Source: a virus
Reading direction: 5' to 3' (one strand)
Virus record (IMG/VR): IMGVR_UViG_3300031963_000072
Coordinates: 1-64,000 of that record
Length of the DNA stretch: 64,000 nt
Shown: positions 36,401 to 44,598 of the stretch, in pieces
Layout of the letters: each line of letters opens with the position of its first letter
Numbering within the stretch: position 1 is the first letter of the stretch
Made by a program: the position numbers and the translations under genes
The notes under the pieces: model-generated
The model's input: only the letters and a program-made list of their open reading frames with translations
Databases searched by the model: none
What the model was told of the DNA's origin: nothing

Positions 36401-37040
36401 AGCCGCCGAGGCAGGCGGTCGACCAGATGATGTCGCTTCCATACTTCGACAAGAGATCAAAGTCAATTCTTGGGTATCGATAGAATCCATCCTTGTATGA
36501 CAGTTTCACAAGTCTGTAGAGGTTTGCGAGACCGTTCTTGTTTTTTGCGACTGCCACCAGGTGGTAACGTCGTTGCCAATCTTTCGATTTAACGTCGACC
36601 GTCTTGGTCTCATTCTCGTCCTCTACGACAAGACCTCCCTGTTCTTCTTCGTCTGCATCGACGTCTGTAGGAGTCTTTGCTCTCTTCTCTGCCTCAGCAG
36701 CGGTCTTGGCGTCTTTGATGGACTGTTTATGAGCTTCGTAGTCGATCGACCACTGAGACAGAGATGGAACGAAGTAGAACTCAACACCGTAAAGCTGCCT
36801 ATACTTAATGCCCTTCTTGACAACCTTGGCAGCAGCGTTTTTAGCGTGGGCGTGTCCGTTGCCGTTGCCGTGATCTGTCAAAGCCCAAGCATCCATGCCT
36901 TGAGACTCTGAGGTGACAAATGAGATATGGGATTCAGGATAGCCGAGTCCGTCGAAAGTGCTAAATCCTGAGTGGGAGTGTAAACCAACAAATCGTGTCG
37001 GCGGCCTGATTTCATCCAGCGTCTTGATGAGACTTGACAT
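33444..37040 (-). CDS. dnaE: DNA polymerase III alpha subunit (family C)
   Basis: PHP domain (HSH, TDHG, DSHY), GRGSGAGS, PDIDSD, KFDFLGL, FNKSH; start moved to MSSLIK; no intein seen. Confidence 0.96.
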   Translation of the reverse strand: MSSLIKTLDEIRPPTRFVGLHSHSGFSTFDGLGYPESHISFVTSESQGMDAWALTDHGNGNGHAHAKNAAAKVVKKGIKYRQLYGVEFYFVPSLSQWSIDYEAHKQSIKDAKTAAEAEKRAKTPTDVDADEEEQGGLVVEDENETKTVDVKSKDWQRRYHLVAVAKNKNGLANLYRLVKLSYKDGFYRYPRIDFDLLSKYGSDIIWSTACLGGYFSSKILLGEAHGKSEIEILNDIENVADRFVESVGRNNFFLELQFNKLEKQHTVNKYLIELHRKTGIPLVSTCDSHYPDPSKWQARELYKKLGWMGAKLEQSALPKFEDLKCELYPKNASQMWDEYKASYEQYDFYRGTEELVRDSIERTHDLAWQECEDTWIPTKAKLPHLDTPEKSTFQQLTELVKEGLVREGLADKPEYVERAKMELSDIKFLGHASYFVTMYKIFHKAEAKTLLGPGRGSGAGSLVNFLLGITQIDPIPYNLLWGRFLNRQKVAWPDIDSDAGDRDALIDAARELFGDDAVIPVSNFNTLKLKSLVKDIAKIYSVPFEEVNEMTGPLQDEVMNLARDDDTEKSVFVLKHEDCMKHSPKYRAFMEKYPDVAAHVETLFMQNRSVGRHAGGVLVADPDDLAATMPIIGVRGELQTPWSEGMNFRNLEENGFLKFDFLGLTLLKDVENCIRRILVKEGNPNPSFTDTKAFFDKHLNCRYVKQDDPKVWEHVYHKGNFVGVFQFTASGARKFCMQAKPNNIDELAAVTAIYRPGPLKANVHNMYVDAGKDLSKIKYDHPLIEKVLGATRGFITFQEQFMLLAMELSGFTEGEADQMRKTLVKKSLDTADKKGGERAALREKFVEGAKRLHNLPEKMMHELFDKIEFFSLYGFNKSHSVAYALDSYYAAWLHTHYEKEWLATILQSENSNPDALAKAISEIKTIGYAFSKIDINYSGKEWQYSDEAQAFVPPLTSVKGIGAAAVDEIIYSRPYKNLSDILFNDNGEWKPSKINKTVLTSLCKIEGLESLEDFQYGRVSNHRQVLMALTEGDNYETLRKGYYGLTASQLKKKEKLGEPVMPILDFLLEELSTVEDWERFEKISVRYELTSTVDGDLMFPPDVMRKVEEKEVYSIHDIPAGSEGIGWFCASSVEKKKTKNGKVFYAIKTLDNTFRTARLRVWGTPQDDILPYTLWVCKAQHDAQWGFSTSIFKMRQMA

Positions 37041-37046
37041 GGTGTT

Positions 37047-37075
37047 ATTGTAATGCAATCGTATTTTACTTTACA
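37047..37075 (-). promoter_or_regulatory. sigma70-like promoter of dnaE
   Basis: TGTAAA-17 nt-TACAAT, 6 nt upstream of the ATG. Confidence 0.6.
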
Positions 37076-37078
37076 CTA

Positions 37079-37105
37079 AAAGAGCGGCCCGAATGGACCG
37101 CTCTT
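37079..37105 (-). terminator. intrinsic terminator
   Basis: AAGAGCGG...CCGCTCTT hairpin with a T-run on the minus strand. Confidence 0.65.
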
Positions 37106-37125
37106 GAAACTATGATCTGATTAGA

Positions 37126-37587
37126 TCACTCAATTTCCTTGTCGTAAGGCTCGTAGAGCATCTTACCTGCATCACTGCAACGATTGAGGTAATCCTCGAG
37201 CTGCTCGAAGGTAGTACACACCTTGATGCCAGATCGACTGAGCATCAAGTTGAACTTAGCACCTTGCGGGAGATTCTCGCAGAAGTAGATGATCTTGCGA
37301 TCTAGAGCGAATGCTGCGCCGGCCTCCCAGATCGTGCCAATGTCTCTGTACGTGGTGTTGACGAGGGTGAAGTCACACTCACGGATGTGCTTCATGTTGC
37401 CCTTAAACACGTTGTCCTGAACCTCTAGAGAGGCGTCTGGTGGGCATACGAAGATCCGGCGAGGCGAGGCGAGCTCGATCCAGTCAGAACGACTGTCGAA
37501 CACTGCCTCGAGCTTCGTGAGCTGCTTGTCTTGGTCTGGCGAAAACCAACCGCTTGCGAGGTAAACAGCTTGCTTACGATCAAACAT
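37126..37587 (-). CDS. nucleoside 2'-deoxyribosyltransferase / dNMP N-glycosidase family
   Basis: VYLASGWF, DIGTIWEAG, NLML. Confidence 0.85.
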   Translation of the reverse strand: MFDRKQAVYLASGWFSPDQDKQLTKLEAVFDSRSDWIELASPRRIFVCPPDASLEVQDNVFKGNMKHIRECDFTLVNTTYRDIGTIWEAGAAFALDRKIIYFCENLPQGAKFNLMLSRSGIKVCTTFEQLEDYLNRCSDAGKMLYEPYDKEIE

Positions 37588-37769
37588 TATTGACTCCTCT
37601 TCTTAAATTCGTTTCTGCGTGCTTCCATCTCTACCCAAACATCATCGTGCGTGAGGACGATGCTGAGACACTGTGTCACTGCATCTGTGATCTGATCGTT
37701 GATGCCCTTTGGCATGCTCATGTTCTGCATAACGTGCGTAATGAGTTCGAGATCGTCCATCTTCTTCAT
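37587..37769 (-). CDS. hypothetical protein
   Basis: Short coupled ORF (MKKMDD...). Confidence 0.55.
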   Translation of the reverse strand: MKKMDDLELITHVMQNMSMPKGINDQITDAVTQCLSIVLTHDDVWVEMEARRNEFKKRSQ

Positions 37770-37770
37770 G

Positions 37771-38754
37771 TTACTTGTTACCCTTCCAGGCATCGTGTTG
37801 TGCCTTAAGTCCATCCCAGTCTTTCATATCTGCGTTCCACAGTTCGGTGAACCTCTTCTGTGGACCATCTCCGTGCGTACCGTTGATTTCCTCCCTCGTG
37901 CACTGGTAGATCGTGTCGTTTGGGTGGAACTCAAACTTGTCGTTCTTCGGAATTGGCCAGTATAGGTTAGTGCCACGAGACACGAACTTGTCACCTTCCT
38001 TCACTCGGAAGGTCTTGATGTAGTGCATATCGGGCTTGTTGAAGTCAATCACCGAGGTAAATTCAGGAATTACCTTGGCAACTTCCACCGCCATTCTCGA
38101 TGCCAGGAGGTTATCGGCAGCAGGCTGGATCTGTGTGTCCATGCGCTGGTAGATGAAACCGATGAGGTCCTTGAGGGAGAGGCGCATGTAGTAGAACGAG
38201 GTCATGCACTTCGGAAGAACAAGACGTGCATCCATCATAGAGACTACCTTGGAGTCGACCATCTCAGCATACAGTTCCTTGGAGTCATTCACGATCTTCT
38301 CCCATCGGCGAAGGAAGTCAGGGGAATTCTGCACAGGCTCTGGGATCACGACGTCATCATCACGAAGGTCACGGTCACCAGTACACTGGGCGGCGAAGGT
38401 GCCGGCTCGGTGACGGATGATATGGGTCACCTCCTGGAAGGACAGGCCACTGAGTCGGAAGGTGAATCCGAGGCATTCCATTGGGGCAGGAAGAGTGCGA
38501 CCACCGAACACGTCCTCGAGGTTCTTGGATAGTTCTTGCTGAGACACACCTTCTGTCGGGTCGATGTCAGGACGGTCTGCCCACGTGGCCTTGACGTAGT
38601 GCCATGCCACGTTCCACGCCTGTTGGCGGGTCGGATGATCGACAAGTTCCACTTTGAGGGCGTCGAGGTTATTGAGGAAAGTGGTCTTCGGTTCTTGACC
38701 GAACTTGAGGACCATTGGGAGTTCGATTGGTTCTAGGTCTTTGTTGATGGGCAT
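37771..38754 (-). CDS. non-canonical ThyX-family flavoprotein
   Basis: PMECLGFTF, HIIRHR..TF, DARLVLP, FIYQR; the ThyX SxR motif is replaced by CTG. Confidence 0.75.
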   Translation of the reverse strand: MPINKDLEPIELPMVLKFGQEPKTTFLNNLDALKVELVDHPTRQQAWNVAWHYVKATWADRPDIDPTEGVSQQELSKNLEDVFGGRTLPAPMECLGFTFRLSGLSFQEVTHIIRHRAGTFAAQCTGDRDLRDDDVVIPEPVQNSPDFLRRWEKIVNDSKELYAEMVDSKVVSMMDARLVLPKCMTSFYYMRLSLKDLIGFIYQRMDTQIQPAADNLLASRMAVEVAKVIPEFTSVIDFNKPDMHYIKTFRVKEGDKFVSRGTNLYWPIPKNDKFEFHPNDTIYQCTREEINGTHGDGPQKRFTELWNADMKDWDGLKAQHDAWKGNK

Positions 38755-38811
38755 GGTTTCTCCGAAAAGAGGTGCGTCAATGGCATCATTATAGACACCA
38801 AGGAAGAGATA

Positions 38812-39369
38812 TTACAATAGCTGGTTAAGTGCGTCAAGGAAAGATTTTTGTAGAAAATCTGGTATTGCTCTGCGATAGTCTACTGGGCGGAAGGCATGTC
38901 GATCAACAGCAACGTTGAAGTGATTGTCATGATCTGGTGTGTCTGCACGGTGCGTGTGACCGTGAACGACATGCTCGACCATACCCAGAGTAGAAATGTC
39001 TAGCCCACGAGAAATTGCGTCTTCGAGAGGATAATGTACGAGCAGAACTCCCCCAAGATTAACGTGTGTGAGAACTCTCTCGAATCCGGCGTTCAGATAC
39101 CATCCGTCAGGAAGGTGATCATGATTGCCTCTAATCAGAATCTTTCTACACCTGAGCGACTGTATGATCGATAGTAATTCTTCGTGTCTACCCTTGAGAC
39201 TTGCTGTAAGATCTCCCACGAAGATCATTAAATCTTGAGAATTTGCAACTGCATTTAGCGAAGCAAGCATCTCACGATTCATGTGATCGACGTCAGAAAA
39301 GGGTCGACCACAATACTTGATTATGTTCTCGTGAAAGAAGTGGTGATCTGAAGAAAAGAATACATTCAT
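38812..39369 (-). CDS. calcineurin-like metallophosphoesterase
   Basis: SDHHFFH, GD, GNHD, HYP, HGHTH. Confidence 0.9.
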   Translation of the reverse strand: MNVFFSSDHHFFHENIIKYCGRPFSDVDHMNREMLASLNAVANSQDLMIFVGDLTASLKGRHEELLSIIQSLRCRKILIRGNHDHLPDGWYLNAGFERVLTHVNLGGVLLVHYPLEDAISRGLDISTLGMVEHVVHGHTHRADTPDHDNHFNVAVDRHAFRPVDYRRAIPDFLQKSFLDALNQLL

Positions 39370-41036
39370 GCCTTGATTACAGATCTTACATAAGATCTGA
39401 TCAAGTTTTCATTCTTAGATTTAGAGGAAGAGATACTCGACATCGCACGCCAGACTCCGAGCTTCTCTTTCTTTCCGAGCCAGTCCGGTAGATTTTGAAT
39501 GAAACTCTGTGAGTCACCAGAACTGAGATAACCTCTCATTGCAGTTCCGCTGATGCCTCCCGTAGTAGATCTAGATACTGCAATTGGAACTATTCTGCCC
39601 TTCATCTCTGGGTTCTTGGCAAGAATGGCATCTACCCTCTGTTGTGCATCGTTCTCGCCTGCTGAGTCAACTCCGCCGTAGAGACGAACTACAGTCTTCT
39701 TGCCCCTGCTGACAAGGTCCTTCGCAATCAGAAGCGCCTCTCTCATAGGGGCATCCGAGAATCTAATAATAACTTTATCTCCGTACTGAGATGAGATTCC
39801 CGGGATATAGAAGTCACGCCACAACGGAATCATGTCCTCAGCGGTAACTTCTTCTCTTCCTCCCGTAGAAACAAACACTATGACAGAATCATTTCCGTCA
39901 GAGACTGCCTGTCGTATAAGAGAGTCGTGGCCTGCATGGAAAGGTTTAGCAGCCATCGGTATAACAGCAACTTTGTTGGCCCTGTGTGAGCCCGTGCCAA
40001 GAAGTCTTAACTTTGCAGTCAAAAACACGTCTTCCTGCACATTTATGACAGACTTGACCGGATGCGTTGGAAGATCATCGCTCAGGCCATAGACCTCTGA
40101 CGAGAGACGCTGAAGCATCTCAGAAGGATCGCCGGGAGGTAGACGGTCTAGAATGTCATCGACGAGTTCATTAACGAGACGCCAGTATGCTGTCTCCTCA
40201 TCCTCAGTGCCTTTGTAGCGGGATTGTTTTGCGCCGCGAGCATCTTTGCTATGTTGGTCTGCCGCTAGAACCTTGAGTAGTTGCTTCTCAGACATATCGT
40301 CATCTCCGACTTGAAGAACAACTCCTTCCGCAGGGCCGCCGAGTGATGACTCAAGCTGAGAGAAGACGTCTGCAGCCAATTTGACTATAGACATAGGGTC
40401 AGAAAAATCTGTTTCTTTAAATCCTTTAGAGAACAACTCGCGGAGTGAGGGATCGATGCATCCTTTAATGATTGACTCACGAGAGGAAAGATTTCCGTCA
40501 AAAACTACAGGGAATGCGCCTAGCTGCAAGATCTCTCTATGTCTGTTGAGCTCTTCGGAAGAATCTATGAAGTTTGATGAAGAAAAGAGCTGACCTCTAG
40601 AGACTGCGTACTTAGTAGGACCGAAACCGACGAGATACATGCCGTGTTTTCGAGCATAATCTCTCGTAATGGTAGGCTTGTTCTGCACAAACTCCACAAA
40701 AAATTCTGTGTTTGTGGGAATCGCCGCTGTACCTGGATGCACTTTTCTTAGGTGGTCGTGAACAAATTTATACTGAGAAGTACCGAGTGCTGCTGACTTG
40801 ATGTCTTTGTCGCGCTTTTCAAGACCTTGAAATTCCGTGGGATACAAGACATTACCCTTGTAGGCGACTATCCAATTCTTTGTGTAATCTTGATTAAACT
40901 TCTGGTCGTTTCGAATGAGAGTCAGCTTAGTACCGTCGACCTTTTCGACAGCAACAATGTGTTTCCTAACGAAGTCTGCCGCCTTCTTCGGATTTGTAAT
41001 TGCTTTCGATAGAGCCTTGATCGAAATGTCAAGCAT
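39366..41036 (-). CDS. ligase-like (EKxDG) domain fused to a HIGH-type nucleotidyltransferase
   Basis: EKVDG and AEGVV in the N-terminal part; KPFHAGH and ISGTAMR in the C-terminal part. Confidence 0.75.
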   Translation of the reverse strand: MLDISIKALSKAITNPKKAADFVRKHIVAVEKVDGTKLTLIRNDQKFNQDYTKNWIVAYKGNVLYPTEFQGLEKRDKDIKSAALGTSQYKFVHDHLRKVHPGTAAIPTNTEFFVEFVQNKPTITRDYARKHGMYLVGFGPTKYAVSRGQLFSSSNFIDSSEELNRHREILQLGAFPVVFDGNLSSRESIIKGCIDPSLRELFSKGFKETDFSDPMSIVKLAADVFSQLESSLGGPAEGVVLQVGDDDMSEKQLLKVLAADQHSKDARGAKQSRYKGTEDEETAYWRLVNELVDDILDRLPPGDPSEMLQRLSSEVYGLSDDLPTHPVKSVINVQEDVFLTAKLRLLGTGSHRANKVAVIPMAAKPFHAGHDSLIRQAVSDGNDSVIVFVSTGGREEVTAEDMIPLWRDFYIPGISSQYGDKVIIRFSDAPMREALLIAKDLVSRGKKTVVRLYGGVDSAGENDAQQRVDAILAKNPEMKGRIVPIAVSRSTTGGISGTAMRGYLSSGDSQSFIQNLPDWLGKKEKLGVWRAMSSISSSKSKNENLIRSYVRSVIKA

Positions 41037-42243
41037 TGATCTTTATGCCTCTTCGTCTAAATGTTTCTGCTACTCTTACTTTATATTTCTTGTAGTAGTC
41101 GCTTTGCAACTTCTCAAGTAGGTCTTGATGACTTTGAAGGAATGGAAACTTCTGCATGAACAACGAGACAGCACCCATTTTTGCAGATCTGTCAACTTCT
41201 GGATTGTATGCGTCGAGAGCTTGCCCTTGCCCAAAAAGTTTGTCATTTACGAAATCTAAAAATACTGAGTCTATCTGCGAGTCATCAAGGTGATCCGACA
41301 TTAGCTGAAGTATGCCAACGAAGGAATCGAGGAGTTGCAATTCATTACCTACTGGTTCCTCGCCGAATATTAGCGAGAATATTTCTTTCTTGGTCCTGGC
41401 ATAAGTAGAAGAACTGGTTGGGATCTCTTTGAATGCTCTCATTCCGTTCACAATGACGGGAGAACCATCGGGCAAAAACTGTTGCTCAGCATTCGCTCTG
41501 AGCCCTCTGTCGACTGAAAAAGACAGTAGAGAAAGAGGTGAAGTCCTCTTTGCCACTTTTATTGCCTCTGGGGGCTCAAGTGGACTTTTAGGAGTTAGAA
41601 CTACAGCATCAATCTGCGTGGAAGCCGCTTTTGCAAGACCCCTGAGAATGTACTTATGAAAAACTCCCTTGATACCAGACTTGATGTCTTCCCAAGAAGA
41701 AGAATGACCGAACTTAGAAAATTCATCGGGACCTCCTGTTTTTCCATATTCGACTCCTTCGAAATCGATTTGTACATTAATAGGAGAATCTAGGTTCTTT
41801 GATTTGTAAGAAAAAAGAGAATTAATTTGGTGACCTTCCCCTTGATCTTCTTTATTTTGTCCTATGTAAGTCACGTTGGGAGTTATTGACCTTCCCTGTA
41901 CTTTGGCAAGAAGATCAAATATTGTCTTTAGCTTTTCGTGAGGAACAGTTAAGTCTATGTCGCCAACAGTAGGTTTGTACTCTACGAACTCTTCATCAGA
42001 CATCTGCTTGTTAAAAAGGTGCTCTGAAGATCCGTTAAACGCCTGACCTGAAGAGAGAAGAGAATCTCTTGTCTTCGAAGGCCAGATCGGCTCTCCAAAC
42101 ACCTTGTTGTGCATGTCGTCAAGCTTCTTAAGAGCATCCAGAAAATGTCTAGTGAACTCAGCTCTGCTTATGCTTCTGAAGTCTGGTTTTCCTGCCTTCT
42201 GGTATTTTCCTTCTACGTCTTTTACTAGAACATTACCGCCCAT
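41029..42243 (-). CDS. Pol-beta-superfamily nucleotidyltransferase
   Basis: NGSS, GDIDL, QIDF, KGVFHK; ATAGTTA upstream. Confidence 0.7.
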   Translation of the reverse strand: MGGNVLVKDVEGKYQKAGKPDFRSISRAEFTRHFLDALKKLDDMHNKVFGEPIWPSKTRDSLLSSGQAFNGSSEHLFNKQMSDEEFVEYKPTVGDIDLTVPHEKLKTIFDLLAKVQGRSITPNVTYIGQNKEDQGEGHQINSLFSYKSKNLDSPINVQIDFEGVEYGKTGGPDEFSKFGHSSSWEDIKSGIKGVFHKYILRGLAKAASTQIDAVVLTPKSPLEPPEAIKVAKRTSPLSLLSFSVDRGLRANAEQQFLPDGSPVIVNGMRAFKEIPTSSSTYARTKKEIFSLIFGEEPVGNELQLLDSFVGILQLMSDHLDDSQIDSVFLDFVNDKLFGQGQALDAYNPEVDRSAKMGAVSLFMQKFPFLQSHQDLLEKLQSDYYKKYKVRVAETFRRRGIKINA

Positions 42244-42279
42244 TCTTGTATCCTTCGTCTGATAACTATGAAGGTAATG

Positions 42280-43218
42280 TCAGAGGGTAGGAATAAATTC
42301 AACTGGATTTCTTTCCCGAGGAACATATACGACGTTATTGATTCCTCTGACCTCTTGATTATAAGACTTCTCAGGAACAAGAACCTTCACGCCATGTTTA
42401 GCATATTCTGCAGCATGCTTTGCAGAATCGTCTATCGCGAAATATTTACCCGTACTATAGAAGACTTGTTTAGAAAGCCAAATAAACTTTTCTGGAGCAA
42501 AAGCAACCCCATCTGCATCGATATCGTTTCTCTTGAGCCAGGTATAAGTGTCATAGAAGCACGCAAGCTCATTTGACGGTCTCGACGTAAGGATCTGAAT
42601 CCAGAAACCCTTGTCTTTGAGATAGTTTAGTAGATCGATATAGACCTCGTCACGCTCGAGCATCGCAAGACCATGACAGTCCATAAACTCTTTGAAATAT
42701 CCTTCGCTATTAACGCCGAGGCGTTTGAATTCTCGAACGTTATAGTACTCATCACTCTCAGGATCTATGAAATGGCCGCACTTTTTAGAAGACCACTCGC
42801 AGAACGACTTTCTGAAGTTTGCAAGAACATCATCCATGTCAAAAATAGCAACTGGCTGACCTTGCCACCGCCTGCCAGACAGCCTATGCCTGTAGTGGAG
42901 GAAGTCATCCTTTTGACTCAGAGCAGCTGCAAAATTATTCCCATCAATTTCCCAGAGGTTTAGGATGGCAAGAATATAACGATATGCATCAACAGTCTTA
43001 TAAAGAATCTTAGCCTTATCAACAGGCTCAGAAGCACAACGGTGATCTTTGTAATTAACAGACTCAACGATACCTGTCGCCTCTGAATGAAGAGCAAGCA
43101 CAAGAGTCTTTAATTGTTCTTCTCTTTGCTCATTAGTAAGGCTGGTGGCCTCGAAGAAAAGGTCCGAGAATGCTTTTTGAGCCTCTAAAGATTCGCTTAG
43201 ATTTGACCAATTCATCAA
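42280..43218 (-). CDS. degenerate all-alpha NTP-PPase domain fused to a HAD 5'-nucleotidase
   Basis: HAD motifs DMDDV, TSR, K, IDD; N-terminus resembles the neighbouring NTP-PPase. Confidence 0.75.
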   Translation of the reverse strand: MMNWSNLSESLEAQKAFSDLFFEATSLTNEQREEQLKTLVLALHSEATGIVESVNYKDHRCASEPVDKAKILYKTVDAYRYILAILNLWEIDGNNFAAALSQKDDFLHYRHRLSGRRWQGQPVAIFDMDDVLANFRKSFCEWSSKKCGHFIDPESDEYYNVREFKRLGVNSEGYFKEFMDCHGLAMLERDEVYIDLLNYLKDKGFWIQILTSRPSNELACFYDTYTWLKRNDIDADGVAFAPEKFIWLSKQVFYSTGKYFAIDDSAKHAAEYAKHGVKVLVPEKSYNQEVRGINNVVYVPRERNPVEFIPTL

Positions 43219-43592
43219 TAATCTTTCTTTAGTCTGTCGTGGATTATTCCATCTTTTCTAACGTAAGCATGAAACAACTCATCAGCATCAATTCCAAGCA
43301 TCACAAGAACTGACAGGAAGTAGTTAAAAGCGTCAACATACTCCTCAAGGAAAGCCTCGTGGTCGAAGTCTGCAACTTCTGTGGTCCTGTGAGGCTTCCA
43401 GTTCTTGAGGTGAGCAAGTGACTCAAACATTTCCTCTACACCCTTTAGAACGGTATCTCTCACGACTTGCTGAGATTCTTTCTTGGAGATGTCGACAGGC
43501 CAGTCTTGCAACACAGCAGGCCTCTTCTCTGCCAAATCTTTCATAAACTTCTCTCGAAGCTGAAGCATTTTTGTTAACTTACAACTATCCAT
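43215..43592 (-). CDS. all-alpha dNTP pyrophosphatase (dimeric dUTPase/dCTPase, MazG-like)
   Basis: EEMFE, WKPH, EEYVD, YVRK..R..DY. Confidence 0.82.
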   Translation of the reverse strand: MDSCKLTKMLQLREKFMKDLAEKRPAVLQDWPVDISKKESQQVVRDTVLKGVEEMFESLAHLKNWKPHRTTEVADFDHEAFLEEYVDAFNYFLSVLVMLGIDADELFHAYVRKDGIIHDRLKKDY

Positions 43593-43645
43593 GTCTCAAA
43601 CATCATATAAAAGAGAACTGTTATAGTACAATGATATTTATTGAC

Positions 43646-43984
43646 ATGAAACTTAGCATCAGACAAATTCTACAAGAGCGCTTTGGAGATCCAATAGGAA
43701 GTTATGCGGGAGATGCACCTGCAGGTGTAAGGAGCATAGAAGAAGAGCACTGCCCTCAATGCGGCATGGAAGACTGTGAGTGTGATCACACAAACGAGGC
43801 AGATTCATGCAATCAGTGCGGCTACATGGAAGTTGAAGGATCGTGTGGATGCACGCACGAAATCTCAGAAGCAAAGAAGAAGCGTGGACTTTGGGCAAAC
43901 ATTCATGCAAGAAGGAAAGCCGGTAAGCGTCCGAAACGCCCGGGTGAAAAGGGATATCCAAAGACGCTTGACGTTGACAAATGA
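43646..43984 (+). CDS. Cys-rich protein with basic C-terminal GLWANIH domain
   Basis: Start moved to MKLSIRQILQE, 5 nt after ATATTTA. Confidence 0.7.
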   Translation: MKLSIRQILQERFGDPIGSYAGDAPAGVRSIEEEHCPQCGMEDCECDHTNEADSCNQCGYMEVEGSCGCTHEISEAKKKRGLWANIHARRKAGKRPKRPGEKGYPKTLDVDK

Positions 43985-44010
43985 GAAACGGCCTCGAAAG
44001 AGGCCGTTTC
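43985..44010. terminator. bidirectional terminator
   Basis: GAAACGGCCTC-gaaa-GAGGCCGTTTC between convergent genes. Confidence 0.85.
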
Positions 44011-44022
44011 AGTTTTTGCTTC

Positions 44023-44592
44023 TTACTTTTTCTTTTTCTTTGCTTTTGACTTCTTTACAACAGCCCATGACTTAGAAGGATTGGCCGAGTTGACTCGTGC
44101 CATCGCCCATTGATGTTGAGACATTCCTTTGCGTGAACCGCTGGTCGCCCACGCAGCAAGGCCCTTCTTGTATTCAGCCTCTACGGATCCTGGTGTGAGA
44201 CCACGTTTCTCAGCCTTCTTACGAAGTGTCTCTTTTGTCTTTGCTGAAAGAGCCTCGTTAATCAGTTCGGATACAAGATCCTGCAAAAGTTCAAATCCTT
44301 CATTTACAGATTCAGAGTCTGAACGTGGCTTGTTTTTAAATCCTGGCTTCTCACGCTCTTTTTCTTCCATGTCGGCACGTAGCTCGTATGCACGCTTCCT
44401 GTCTGCAGGATTATCACTCTTTGCGAGCTCTTTAGCCTTATCGAGTTCTTGATCACGCTTAGTACCTTGCTTTGCGCCGTACTGCCTTGGATGAGGCCTG
44501 TCTTCAGGATCAACTCTCTTGCTAGCTTGTTCAAAGACATCTCTAATGAGATCTCTTAGATCTTCTTCTGTCAGAGTTAATTCTTGGTCCAT
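44023..44592 (-). CDS. DUF5824-like protein
   Basis: YKKGLAAW..GSRKG..QWAMARVNS. Confidence 0.7.
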   Translation of the reverse strand: MDQELTLTEEDLRDLIRDVFEQASKRVDPEDRPHPRQYGAKQGTKRDQELDKAKELAKSDNPADRKRAYELRADMEEKEREKPGFKNKPRSDSESVNEGFELLQDLVSELINEALSAKTKETLRKKAEKRGLTPGSVEAEYKKGLAAWATSGSRKGMSQHQWAMARVNSANPSKSWAVVKKSKAKKKKK

Positions 44593-44598
44593 GATAAA

